From a virus, in IMG/VR virus record IMGVR_UViG_3300020477_000001, positions 94,302 to 158,301 of that record: a stretch of DNA of 64,000 nt; one strand, written 5' to 3'. This document shows positions 10,218 through 18,205 of this stretch, one piece after another. Numbering within the stretch: position 1 is the first letter of the stretch; each line of letters begins with the position of its first letter. Made by a program: the position numbers and the translations under genes. The notes beneath the pieces were generated by a model. It did no database searches. It was given only the letters and a program-made list of their open reading frames with translations, and had not been told where the DNA came from.

Positions 10218-10757
10218 TTATTTAGCTTCGCCCTCAATGTTGTCTTTGTATATTACCCCATACCAAGAATCAGACCTGTTATCCCCAATTACCCAATATT
10301 CGTCTTTCTTTAGTTTGGCGAATTTTACATTTTCATTTTCATATACGATTTGATTCGTTCTCCAATCTCTTAAAGGGATTCCTGCTGCGCCGACAAGCAT
10401 TACTCTTATTTTTTGGTGACTGAATTCGTCTTTGTGCAAAATCCCGTCTATATATATATCGCCATCAATTATTTCAATCACTTCATTAGGTAAACCTATT
10501 ATTCTTTTGATCATGTACTCATCATCTTTCCTGCTAACGAAAACAACCACATCCCCACGTTTAATTTGATTCATTTTGTGAGTAGTTTTATCCACCATAA
10601 CAGTCTCGCCATCGGCATAACTCCCCTTCATGCTTCCACCCACTACTTTAAATTTTTTATAACCTACATTTATTATCACGCCGAATACTAAAAGCAGAAC
10701 AAAAAGCCTAAAATATTTATTTTTAAAATTTATTTGATTTAAAACGTCTTTTTTCAT
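10218..10757 (-). CDS. lepB: signal peptidase I
   Basis: TM helix, GGSM (Ser), IKRIIGLP (Lys), GDNR..S. Confidence 0.85.
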   Translation of the reverse strand: MKKDVLNQINFKNKYFRLFVLLLVFGVIINVGYKKFKVVGGSMKGSYADGETVMVDKTTHKMNQIKRGDVVVFVSRKDDEYMIKRIIGLPNEVIEIIDGDIYIDGILHKDEFSHQKIRVMLVGAAGIPLRDWRTNQIVYENENVKFAKLKKDEYWVIGDNRSDSWYGVIYKDNIEGEAK

Positions 10758-10825
10758 AGCTATACCCCTAAGCTGTACATTTTTATTCCGGTACTTTAAT
10801 TACACTTGTATTGAGTTTTTTGCTA

Positions 10826-11614
10826 TTAAATTGATTCGCGTTTTATATTTGGAAATGGTTTGAAGTAATTTTTTTCGTAATTCCACATTAATTGGTCTAC
10901 ATCTTCAATAGTATTTACTTTTGAATCATTTTTGCACATTTTGATAAACATATCTCTATCGTTGCTCCATCTAGTGCCGTCCCAAAATTCGAATCCTTGA
11001 AAGGAGCTTTTGTAAACGCAAATGTTTTCGTATGCGGGCATTATATATACATAGTTTAAACCTTTTTCCTTCGCCACTTCCAGTTCTTTTATCATACTGT
11101 ATTTGCCTAAGAACATTTTGGGTTTATGATAATCCCAACAAAATTGTATCGAAGTCATCGCCTTTGAGTTGCGATGCATTCTACAAATAGTAAAAGCCCT
11201 AAGAATCCCTTCGTCCCTGTGCTCTAGGATATATTTGTCTTCGATGTCTAAATCATATAAATCTTTTATTTCCATATCATGACCAAAGCCACGTAGGTTT
11301 TGATATTTCTCATGTATGCGACTCAAGTCTTTTAAATTTGATTCTTTAAGTGGTTTGAATTCGGACTTTATATTTGCACAAGGCTTTAGCATTTTTCTTG
11401 TTTTTTTATTATATTTTAATTCAGAAACTTTTAATCTGGTTTGCCTACCTTGAATCCAAACTCTTTGCCTTTCATCTTTGGCCCACTCGTATATAAACCA
11501 CCCATTGTCCAGAGCGTACTCTTCTTCTTCTGGGTCGAAGTAAGCGCATACCTCGCAAAAAATGACGCTGGCATTCGACATCTTCCCACAGACGTGTTGA
11601 AAAAATAGTTTCAT
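10826..11614 (-). CDS. Ate1/Bpt-like aminoacyl-tRNA--protein transferase
   Basis: ALDNGW at the N-terminus; LGKYSMIKELEVAKEKGLNYVYI...YK..F resembles the ATE_C domain. Confidence 0.6.
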   Translation of the reverse strand: MKLFFQHVCGKMSNASVIFCEVCAYFDPEEEEYALDNGWFIYEWAKDERQRVWIQGRQTRLKVSELKYNKKTRKMLKPCANIKSEFKPLKESNLKDLSRIHEKYQNLRGFGHDMEIKDLYDLDIEDKYILEHRDEGILRAFTICRMHRNSKAMTSIQFCWDYHKPKMFLGKYSMIKELEVAKEKGLNYVYIMPAYENICVYKSSFQGFEFWDGTRWSNDRDMFIKMCKNDSKVNTIEDVDQLMWNYEKNYFKPFPNIKRESI

Positions 11615-11926
11615 TTATTTGGGGCAGCAAATGGGGCACTGTTCGCCTTTAGTTTTATCGCAGTCACATTCTTTATTATCTTTCATTTTTTTACTCCAAG
11701 GTCTGGGGTTAGTTTTGGGTTTTTCATGATAAGGTATCCCGAAAGTCTCATTCCCGCAGACCCTCAAATCGTTAGAATCGAAATGTTTGACCATTCCAGA
11801 ATCAGTTAAAAAAACCACCCAGATAGTATTAAAATCTGGACTATAATCTATAACTAATTGAGCCCACCCCTCGCCCAGCGGGGTTTCTACTGGTATAGGC
11901 GGATTAAGCTGAAGCATGTTCATCAA
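11615..11926 (-). CDS. hypothetical protein
   Basis: ORF track; GTGTAATTA motif upstream on the minus strand. Confidence 0.55.
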   Translation of the reverse strand: MMNMLQLNPPIPVETPLGEGWAQLVIDYSPDFNTIWVVFLTDSGMVKHFDSNDLRVCGNETFGIPYHEKPKTNPRPWSKKMKDNKECDCDKTKGEQCPICCPK

Positions 11927-12014
11927 TAATAATTACACCTAAATAAAAAAAGGTATTGACCTTTGCTAAAAATCTGTATATTATGCATTTCCTCCCATTG
12001 AGAGGAACATATAT

Positions 12015-12236
12015 ATGAAAACCATTAAATACCTAGTATTAGGCGCTGTTATTGCCACTTTTTCGGTGGGATGCGCCTTTACCAACAAGCTCCCCTCCGT
12101 TACAGTTGGTGGAGCAGCAAACAAAGATGCGGTCTTAGACGCAAAAGTTAACAAGCAAGGCGCTGCTTTGACATTGCCCCTAGTTAACGTGGATGTCCCA
12201 TTCCCGTCTGTTAAAACTGGTGACGACGTTAAGTAA
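12015..12236 (+). CDS. small lipoprotein
   Basis: Signal peptide ending in SVGC lipobox. Confidence 0.6.
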   Translation: MKTIKYLVLGAVIATFSVGCAFTNKLPSVTVGGAANKDAVLDAKVNKQGAALTLPLVNVDVPFPSVKTGDDVK

Positions 12237-12258
12237 AACTAACGTCTATTTCCCCTTA

Positions 12259-12291
12259 GCACCCCCCCTTTACAGGGGGGCTTTTTTTTTT
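12259..12291 (+). terminator. Rho-independent terminator
   Basis: C-run/G-run stem followed by a 10-T tract. Confidence 0.7.
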
Positions 12292-12371
12292 GCTATATAT
12301 TAAATTAGAAAATGAGCTAATTATGTGTAATTAAATAAGTGAGAATACAACCGACAACCCCCATAACCCCC

Positions 12372-12479
12372 ATGAATTCTAACGACAAAAAATCCTGTCA
12401 ATGTGGCTGCGGCTGTAAAACTTGCAATGATAGCTGCTCTTGTAAAGAGGGTTGTTCTTGCAAAAAACAAGAGGAATAA
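12372..12479 (+). CDS. metallothionein-like Cys-rich microprotein (35 aa)
   Basis: MNSNDKKSCQCGCGCKTCNDSCSCKEGCSCKKQEE; 9 Cys, mostly in CxC motifs; below the ORF-track size cutoff. Confidence 0.55.
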   Translation: MNSNDKKSCQCGCGCKTCNDSCSCKEGCSCKKQEE

Positions 12480-12593
12480 ATGATCCTACCACACGACGCA
12501 GACAAAGGGAAGCCGCCCAAAGACGCAAAAGCGTTTGGCTTTTTTGTTGTTTTAGTTATTGTTATTATAGGTGTAGTAATCTACAACATGTGA
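12480..12593 (+). CDS. small membrane protein (37 aa)
   Basis: MILPHDADKGKPPKDAKAFGFFVVLVIVIIGVVIYNM; TAA-ATG and TGATG coupling to neighbours. Confidence 0.45.
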   Translation: MILPHDADKGKPPKDAKAFGFFVVLVIVIIGVVIYNM

Positions 12594-12985
12594 TGGCTAA
12601 AAAAGATAAAATAACTTACAATAGCGAGCTAGACTACTTAGATATACAGGTAGACAGAAAACAGTGCAGCGATGTTTTTATTTCTAAGCCCCATCAAAAT
12701 GTTAGCCTAACTTTCAACAAAGACACGGGCGGTCTCATACAAGTAATGATTTCCGACTTCTTTGAAGTGATAAAACACTCTGATGGCGCTGTCAATTGGG
12801 ACATGGACTCTGACTCGCTATCCGTTAGTTTAACAAAAGATCACACAGTCGATGCTCTTTGCGACTTGGTTTATTTCGATGACAAGACCCAGACAATGGT
12901 AACCTTAAACAGAAATGAATATGGAAACCTAACGGGCATGGAAATAATTAATGTCCACAAACTCATCAAAAAATTCTCGACTTAA
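12593..12985 (+). CDS. DUF2283-like tandem-domain protein
   Basis: ITYNSELDYLDI and VNWDMDSDSLSV...GNLTGMEII; start moved to the coupled ATG. Confidence 0.45.
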   Translation: MAKKDKITYNSELDYLDIQVDRKQCSDVFISKPHQNVSLTFNKDTGGLIQVMISDFFEVIKHSDGAVNWDMDSDSLSVSLTKDHTVDALCDLVYFDDKTQTMVTLNRNEYGNLTGMEIINVHKLIKKFST

Positions 12986-13023
12986 TAATTGACTTAAATT
13001 AAAAAAAGCCTCTTAATGTTTTC

Positions 13024-13500
13024 ATGAGGTTTATGAAAGTCATTTTATTTATTTTATTTTTTAATTTCAGCTTACAAGCTCAAGACTTAACGCCTCAGCA
13101 GCGCATACTTACAGAGACGATTCTCGGAGAAGCGCGTGGCGAGGGGGAAGCTGGTATGTATGCAATCGCCTGTATTGTGAAGCGTCGTATGGAGCTAAAG
13201 AGCTACCCCAACACAGCAATTGGAGTTTGCCTTGAGCCTAGCCAGTTTGATTACTGGACACAGCACAAGCGTGTAAAGTGGGACGACCAAAACCGCGCTA
13301 ACGTGCGCCGACTCATGAAGGGCAACAATAAGCTTGTGCGCTATGCTAAGATGCTTGCCGTTAATATAGATAAAGTAGACTTAAACTATATAAACAACGC
13401 TGATCACTACTGCGCTCTAAGGACTCATAATTATTGGACTAAAAAAAATAAACCTGTAAAGATCATTGGTAATCATAAATTCTTTAAATTAAGAAACTAA
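13024..13500 (+). CDS. SleB/Hydrolase_2 cell-wall hydrolase (candidate endolysin)
   Basis: Signal peptide; TILGEARGEGEAGMYAIA, YPNT..GVCL.PSQF, IGNHKF. Confidence 0.85.
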   Translation: MRFMKVILFILFFNFSLQAQDLTPQQRILTETILGEARGEGEAGMYAIACIVKRRMELKSYPNTAIGVCLEPSQFDYWTQHKRVKWDDQNRANVRRLMKGNNKLVRYAKMLAVNIDKVDLNYINNADHYCALRTHNYWTKKNKPVKIIGNHKFFKLRN

Positions 13501-13580
13501 TTGATATTATAACAATGTATACTATATTGTGGTGGCTTTCTGTGTTGGGTTGTTTCAAGAGCACAGTCGTCGCCAGTGAA

Positions 13581-13612
13581 GGGAGCGGGCTTTTGCCCGC
13601 TCTCTTTTTTTT
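13581..13612 (+). terminator. Rho-independent terminator
   Basis: GAGCGGGC-TTTT-GCCCGCTC followed by a T-run. Confidence 0.8.
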
Positions 13613-13621
13613 AAAAACTTC

Positions 13622-13653
13622 TTGACCGAAATTAAAAAACCATATAGCATAAT
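13622..13653 (+). promoter_or_regulatory. sigma70-type promoter of the ncRNA/TnpB unit
   Basis: TTGACC-17 bp-TAGCAT, with the ATTAAAAAAC spacer shared by other promoters in this window. Confidence 0.65.
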
Positions 13654-13657
13654 CCCC

Positions 13658-13819
13658 AGTCGCTAACAGACTGCTACGGTGGGTTGCACCGGAAGGGGAG
13701 GGAAACCTCCAAATGCCGAATAGGTATGGTTCGCTTGCGAAGCAGATTCGGAAAGTTCCTAGGGGTCAACGGGGGGAGGATCATCCCGATCCTCCTCCCG
13801 CCCCCAAACCCTACAACAC
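13658..13819 (+). ncRNA. putative tracrRNA/omegaRNA-like scaffold upstream of the TnpB-like gene
   Basis: Hairpins CGGTG-GGTTG-CACCG, GGAGG-GAAA-CCTCC and CCGAAT..TTCG-CTTG-CGAA..ATTCGG, then AGTTCCT (13754-13760, complementary to the repeat core), a long GC stem and terminal CTACAACAC. Confidence 0.65.
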
Positions 13820-13828
13820 ATCTTTAAA

Positions 13829-15337
13829 ATGAAAAAAAAATCTAAACTTCAAAAGGTTGAACAAGAAACTATTCCTGTTAAATACCGAATCTACCCAAAC
13901 CTTAAGCAACGCAAATACCTTGACAGATGCTTTCTTTCCAGCCGAATCGTATGGAACTGGCTGCTAGGAGTACAGAAAGATTATGACCGTGGTCTTACTG
14001 AATGGGTAAAAGAAAAGTATGCCAAAGAGCTACAGAAATTCTGCAAGAAAGAAGGCTTCGAATTAAGCAGTCCATTTGAGCACGAAAAAATAAAAGAATT
14101 AAAAAAAGGAGAAGCGAAAAAATTTCACACGGAAGTCATTCGCCTCAAGAAGGAGGAAGTTTTCCCCTCTGTCTTAGGGATAGAACTCCTTAAAGCCATT
14201 ATTCCTAATGCAGAAGAAGACGAAATCAAGAAGATGATAGTCAACAAAAAGAATCCTTCCGCTTCTAACAAGACTATCAACATCATGGACTTAAAAAGGC
14301 AAGTAAAAAACCTTCGAGAAGATAAACCAATCTTAAACCAAGTCGCATCCCAAGGAATCCATCACGTACCGCTTAACCTAGCTAAAGCTTGGAAGGCGTG
14401 CTACGACAAGAACCGCCCAGATTCCGGTGAGCCTAAATTCAAGAACAAATTCGCGAAGCAGTCATTCACTTTTGACACAGCAAAGCTTCAAGGAAATAAG
14501 TTATTCCTCCCGCCTAAAAGCAAAAACATTTTCATTAAAACAAAAGTCCATCGAGAGATGGAGGGTGAGCAAAAAACAATTACTGTTACTAAAAGCAAAA
14601 CAGGAGAATACTACGCCTCAGTTAACTTTAGGCAAGATGTATTCTTCCCGAAGCCCAAAAGTTTTAGTAAATCGAGCACGGTTGGCATTGACCTAGGAAT
14701 TAAAGATGACTACATCATTATGTCTAACGACATGGGGTCAATCAAAAACCCAAAATTTTTCAAGAAGCATGAGCGCAAAATCGCAATGCTAAATCGAAAA
14801 TTATCGCGCTCCCAGCCGAATAGCAATTCACGCAACAAAGTTCTACACGAGCTTAACCGCGAGTACGAGAAGCTCTCTAAAGCAAGGGAAGATTTTCAGC
14901 ATAAGGTAACACACCAGATCGTAACTAACCCAAACATCAAGGCGGTGGCTGTCGAGGACTTGAATGTGAAGGGCATGACAGCTAAGAACAAACCAAAGGA
15001 GGGCGAAAATGGCCACTACTTACCAAACAATCAGTGCGCCAAACGAGGACAAAACAAAGCCACTCTGGACGCTGGGTTTGGAAGAGTTAGGCAGATGCTT
15101 GACTACAAATGTAAGCGCAATGGCAAAACGTTTGGAAAAGTTGACAGGTTCTTTGCATCCTCCAAAACATGCAACAACTGCGGTCATATCAATAAAGAGC
15201 TCAAAGTTTCCGACCAGTACTGGACCTGCGAAAAATGTGGCGAGCATCACGAGAGGAACTTTAATGCGGCAAATAACGTGCGAGATGAATTTATACGCGC
15301 AAGCAAGCAGAAAAAGAAAACCAAGAACTCGAAATAA
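13829..15337 (+). CDS. tnpB: TnpB/Cas12f-like RNA-guided RuvC protein, RuvC-III D>N
   Basis: KYRIYPN HTH-OrfB start, PKFK, GIDLG (D288), VEDLNVKGM (E376), CNNCG..CEKCG Zn finger, ERNFNAA (N477); no tnpA nearby. Confidence 0.9.
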   Translation: MKKKSKLQKVEQETIPVKYRIYPNLKQRKYLDRCFLSSRIVWNWLLGVQKDYDRGLTEWVKEKYAKELQKFCKKEGFELSSPFEHEKIKELKKGEAKKFHTEVIRLKKEEVFPSVLGIELLKAIIPNAEEDEIKKMIVNKKNPSASNKTINIMDLKRQVKNLREDKPILNQVASQGIHHVPLNLAKAWKACYDKNRPDSGEPKFKNKFAKQSFTFDTAKLQGNKLFLPPKSKNIFIKTKVHREMEGEQKTITVTKSKTGEYYASVNFRQDVFFPKPKSFSKSSTVGIDLGIKDDYIIMSNDMGSIKNPKFFKKHERKIAMLNRKLSRSQPNSNSRNKVLHELNREYEKLSKAREDFQHKVTHQIVTNPNIKAVAVEDLNVKGMTAKNKPKEGENGHYLPNNQCAKRGQNKATLDAGFGRVRQMLDYKCKRNGKTFGKVDRFFASSKTCNNCGHINKELKVSDQYWTCEKCGEHHERNFNAANNVRDEFIRASKQKKKTKNSK

Positions 15338-15348
15338 TTTTTGCCCAA

Positions 15349-15407
15349 GTGGCTGGCGGCGGCAGAGACTTTTATCTCTTCGGTCCTTGCTCCGCCAGCC
15401 ACATTTT
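15349..15407 (+). terminator. strong stem-loop after tnpB (terminator or structured 3' RNA)
   Basis: GTGGCTGGCGG...CCGCCAGCCAC 11-bp stem with an internal hairpin, then ATTTT. Confidence 0.55.
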
Positions 15408-15538
15408 AAAATAAATAAAAATGAAAAGCGACAATCCAAACCGAGGCAACGGCAAGCACATTCATAAGTCACCAATCAATATGGACAATCCACAAAAAAA
15501 AGAGGATAGTGACTGGTGGGCAGAATTGTGTAAAAAAC

Positions 15539-16111
15539 ATGGAGCAAAAAACGCTTGGAAAAAAGAGAACAAAAAGAAGGTATGACTACGCTCATGGCTC
15601 TGAATCAGCAGTGATCGCCAGAGATGAATACCTCGAAAGAATAAAATGGAAGCCGCACGAATATGAAGTCATAAAAAACAATTACAATAATCATTCTGAT
15701 GCGGAAATAAGCCTCAAGTTCCTGCCTCACCGCACACCCGAATCAATAAGAAGATGTAGGCGCTCAATGAAATGTCACAGAAAGCCGAGCCACCAAATTT
15801 GGACAGAAGAAGAATTAGAATTACTGTATATCCATTGGAGAGACTACGACCAGAGGGAGCTTAAGGAAAAATTCTTCCCAAACAAAACCGTTGAGCAGGT
15901 TAGGAATGCTAAAATGCATCGCGGGCTAAAGAAGCCCCCAGTCTGGACCAATGAAGAGAGAGGCTTGCTGATAGACCACGGAGCGAACTATGACAGAGGA
16001 CAGCTACAGAAGCTGTTTTTCCCAAATAAAACCAAGGACCAAATAAGCCACATGAGAAAGCACCTCGGAATCAGAAGAAACCTAGGCGATAAAGAGATTA
16101 AAAAAGTGTAA
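15539..16111 (+). CDS. Myb/SANT-like repeat DNA-binding protein
   Basis: Three repeats of W..EE..L......F.P.[RK]T. Confidence 0.6.
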   Translation: MEQKTLGKKRTKRRYDYAHGSESAVIARDEYLERIKWKPHEYEVIKNNYNNHSDAEISLKFLPHRTPESIRRCRRSMKCHRKPSHQIWTEEELELLYIHWRDYDQRELKEKFFPNKTVEQVRNAKMHRGLKKPPVWTNEERGLLIDHGANYDRGQLQKLFFPNKTKDQISHMRKHLGIRRNLGDKEIKKV

Positions 16112-16441
16112 TTGATATTGATGAAATCAGAGTATTTCCCTATTCTAATGCTTCTGTCATTTTTATTTTTATTATTTTTTGTCTTGAGATGGAATCGAAT
16201 TAAGATGAAGAATTTCCCAGAGGATATCTCCTTCAAGGATACGCTTAAACAAGTTTTCTTCATTGAGTCTTGACATAGATTAAAAAATCCCCCACCCTAC
16301 ACTCCTTGAAAGAAAAAGACAGCCGCATTAAAAGTTGCGAAAAATGTGGCGTATCAATGCTAAAGATGTTTAATGCTTGCCCGTACTGCGGTTTCTGCCA
16401 AAAGCAAAAAACTAAATTAGCGCAGACAACTAAGGAGAAAC

Positions 16442-16876
16442 ATGAGGAAAAACAAGATTTCATTAGTAAGCGGCGGATTTGATCCAATTCACGTTGGACA
16501 CATAGAACTCTTTAACAGGGCTAGAGAAATCTCTGACGGGCTATTCGTGATCTTGAATAGTGATAGGTTCCTCACAGAAAAGAAGGGCAAGCCCTTCATG
16601 CAGCAACCAGAAAGAAAAGTCATTATTGAAAACTTACAGATGGTTGACTTGGTTATACCTTCAATAGACGAAGACCAAACGGTTTGTGCTACCCTGCGAA
16701 AACTAGCTAGCCTCAAGGACGCAGTTGACTCTGAATTATATTTCTGCAATGGTGGAGACAGGACGGACGGCGAGAACACGCCAGAACACAAAGTCTGCGA
16801 AGAAGTCGGAATACACAACGTTTATGGATTAGGTGAAAAAATCCAAAGCAGTAGTTGGCTTACGAAAGGGAACTGA
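16442..16876 (+). CDS. cytidylyltransferase-family protein
   Basis: SGGFDPIHVGH (HxGH), NGGDR, KIQSSS. Confidence 0.85.
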   Translation: MRKNKISLVSGGFDPIHVGHIELFNRAREISDGLFVILNSDRFLTEKKGKPFMQQPERKVIIENLQMVDLVIPSIDEDQTVCATLRKLASLKDAVDSELYFCNGGDRTDGENTPEHKVCEEVGIHNVYGLGEKIQSSSWLTKGN

Positions 16877-16898
16877 AACACATAAAATCACCGTCGCG

Positions 16899-17450
16899 AT
16901 GAAGAATTTAACCTGCGATAGCAAGAAGGGGAGAGAGTATGAAGCTCACGAAGAGAAAGCTATACTCTATATACAAGAGAAAAGAAATGTTGTAATAACC
17001 TCTACGAGGTCAGAGCTCAATGAGGAATCAAAAATCCTAGAACAAGATATCTTAATCTCCAAAAAAGATGAAAGAGGAATCTTCAGACTAAGGGCGGTAG
17101 GCGAATTTAAGAACAGGAATGAATTCAAAAGAGGCTCTGGAATCCCGTTGACGCTAGAGAAGCTAAAAGGAGATAGACCTAATGACGGCTACATGATTAG
17201 CCTCAGAAAGCTAAAGAGTGGCCAAGCAATGTCTACGTCCCTAAAGGTTCCTTTCGTTGTTATTGTTAATTTAATGAATGATAAATACATTCTCTGCTGG
17301 AAGCTGACCAACGAGAAAGGTCAATGGGTTAAAAGACCGGAATCACTCAAACAAGAGACGCAGAAGAACATTGCAGGGGGAAATAAGCTTGACGACGTAG
17401 TTTATCTTAAATTATCAGAAACAGCTTTTCAACTTGAAAAAAACTACTAA
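16899..17450 (+). CDS. putative PD-(D/E)xK nuclease
   Basis: G.EYE, QD, GEFKNR pattern; weak match. Confidence 0.35.
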   Translation: MKNLTCDSKKGREYEAHEEKAILYIQEKRNVVITSTRSELNEESKILEQDILISKKDERGIFRLRAVGEFKNRNEFKRGSGIPLTLEKLKGDRPNDGYMISLRKLKSGQAMSTSLKVPFVVIVNLMNDKYILCWKLTNEKGQWVKRPESLKQETQKNIAGGNKLDDVVYLKLSETAFQLEKNY

Positions 17451-17479
17451 TAGGTTAAACTGAGAAAACTTAAAAAATT

Positions 17480-17842
17480 ATGAGCGAAGATAACAATAAC
17501 TCTAATACCGAAGAAACTACAAAAAACTCCAAAGACTTTTCGAGGCAAGAGGAAAACTGGAAAATTATGATTTTCTGTAATATTTCTTGGGAAGAGGCTT
17601 CGAAGGTAGAAGGCGACGACAGGGAGTTCCTTTTGCTGAAGGCTGACGAGCAGAAAGTAGAAGTACTCAAAAGGAAAAAAGAGTTGGCCGAGCAACAGAT
17701 GGCAGAGCAGCAGCAACAGGCCATGATGCAACAGCAAGCCTTGATGCAACAGCAGCAAATGATGCCCCAGCAGATGCCAATGCAGCAGCAAATGCCTATG
17801 AACGGCGGCGGTATGCCTCCCCAGATGCCCCAGAGAGTCTAG
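17480..17842 (+). CDS. protein with Q/M/P-rich low-complexity C-terminal tail
   Basis: AEQQMAEQQQQAMMQQQALMQQQQMMPQQMPMQQQMPM. Confidence 0.6.
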   Translation: MSEDNNNSNTEETTKNSKDFSRQEENWKIMIFCNISWEEASKVEGDDREFLLLKADEQKVEVLKRKKELAEQQMAEQQQQAMMQQQALMQQQQMMPQQMPMQQQMPMNGGGMPPQMPQRV

Positions 17843-17849
17843 AGGGAGC

Positions 17850-18167
17850 ATGGATGGCCATTTAAAGCTTCTAAATCCGAAAAGGATAAGAGTTAAGTCG
17901 CTGTGCTGCTCTTATTGTGATCTTTCTTATAACAGAGAACACTATAAGGCTTTATTCGAGGCTAAAAAATTAATTTATTTTAAATCTCTAGATACAAACA
18001 TATTTAGAGAGAAGGAAATAATTTGCCATGACTGTTTAGTTAATCTAGCAGACAAAGAGTCACTTTCATTCAAAGTAGAAACAGATACACATATTCTTAA
18101 ATTAGATATAGACCCAACGATAGGCAATAAAGGCGACACAGATGACTTTTTAGATGATTTAATATAG
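17850..18167 (+). CDS. hypothetical Zn-finger-like protein
   Basis: CSYC and CHDC pairs. Confidence 0.5.
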   Translation: MDGHLKLLNPKRIRVKSLCCSYCDLSYNREHYKALFEAKKLIYFKSLDTNIFREKEIICHDCLVNLADKESLSFKVETDTHILKLDIDPTIGNKGDTDDFLDDLI

Positions 18168-18205
18168 ACTTGACTTAACTTAAAAAACTCTATATCTTCC
18201 TATGC

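Noticed and set aside
15254-15262. AGGAACTTT inside tnpB, complementary to AAAGTTCCT of the upstream RNA
   Set aside because: It lacks the terminal CAC and lies in a constrained coding motif; most likely chance.
13829-15410. Active IS200/IS605 transposon
   Set aside because: There is no tnpA and no recognisable IS ends. The gene has a phage-class promoter and an altered RuvC-III, so it looks domesticated.
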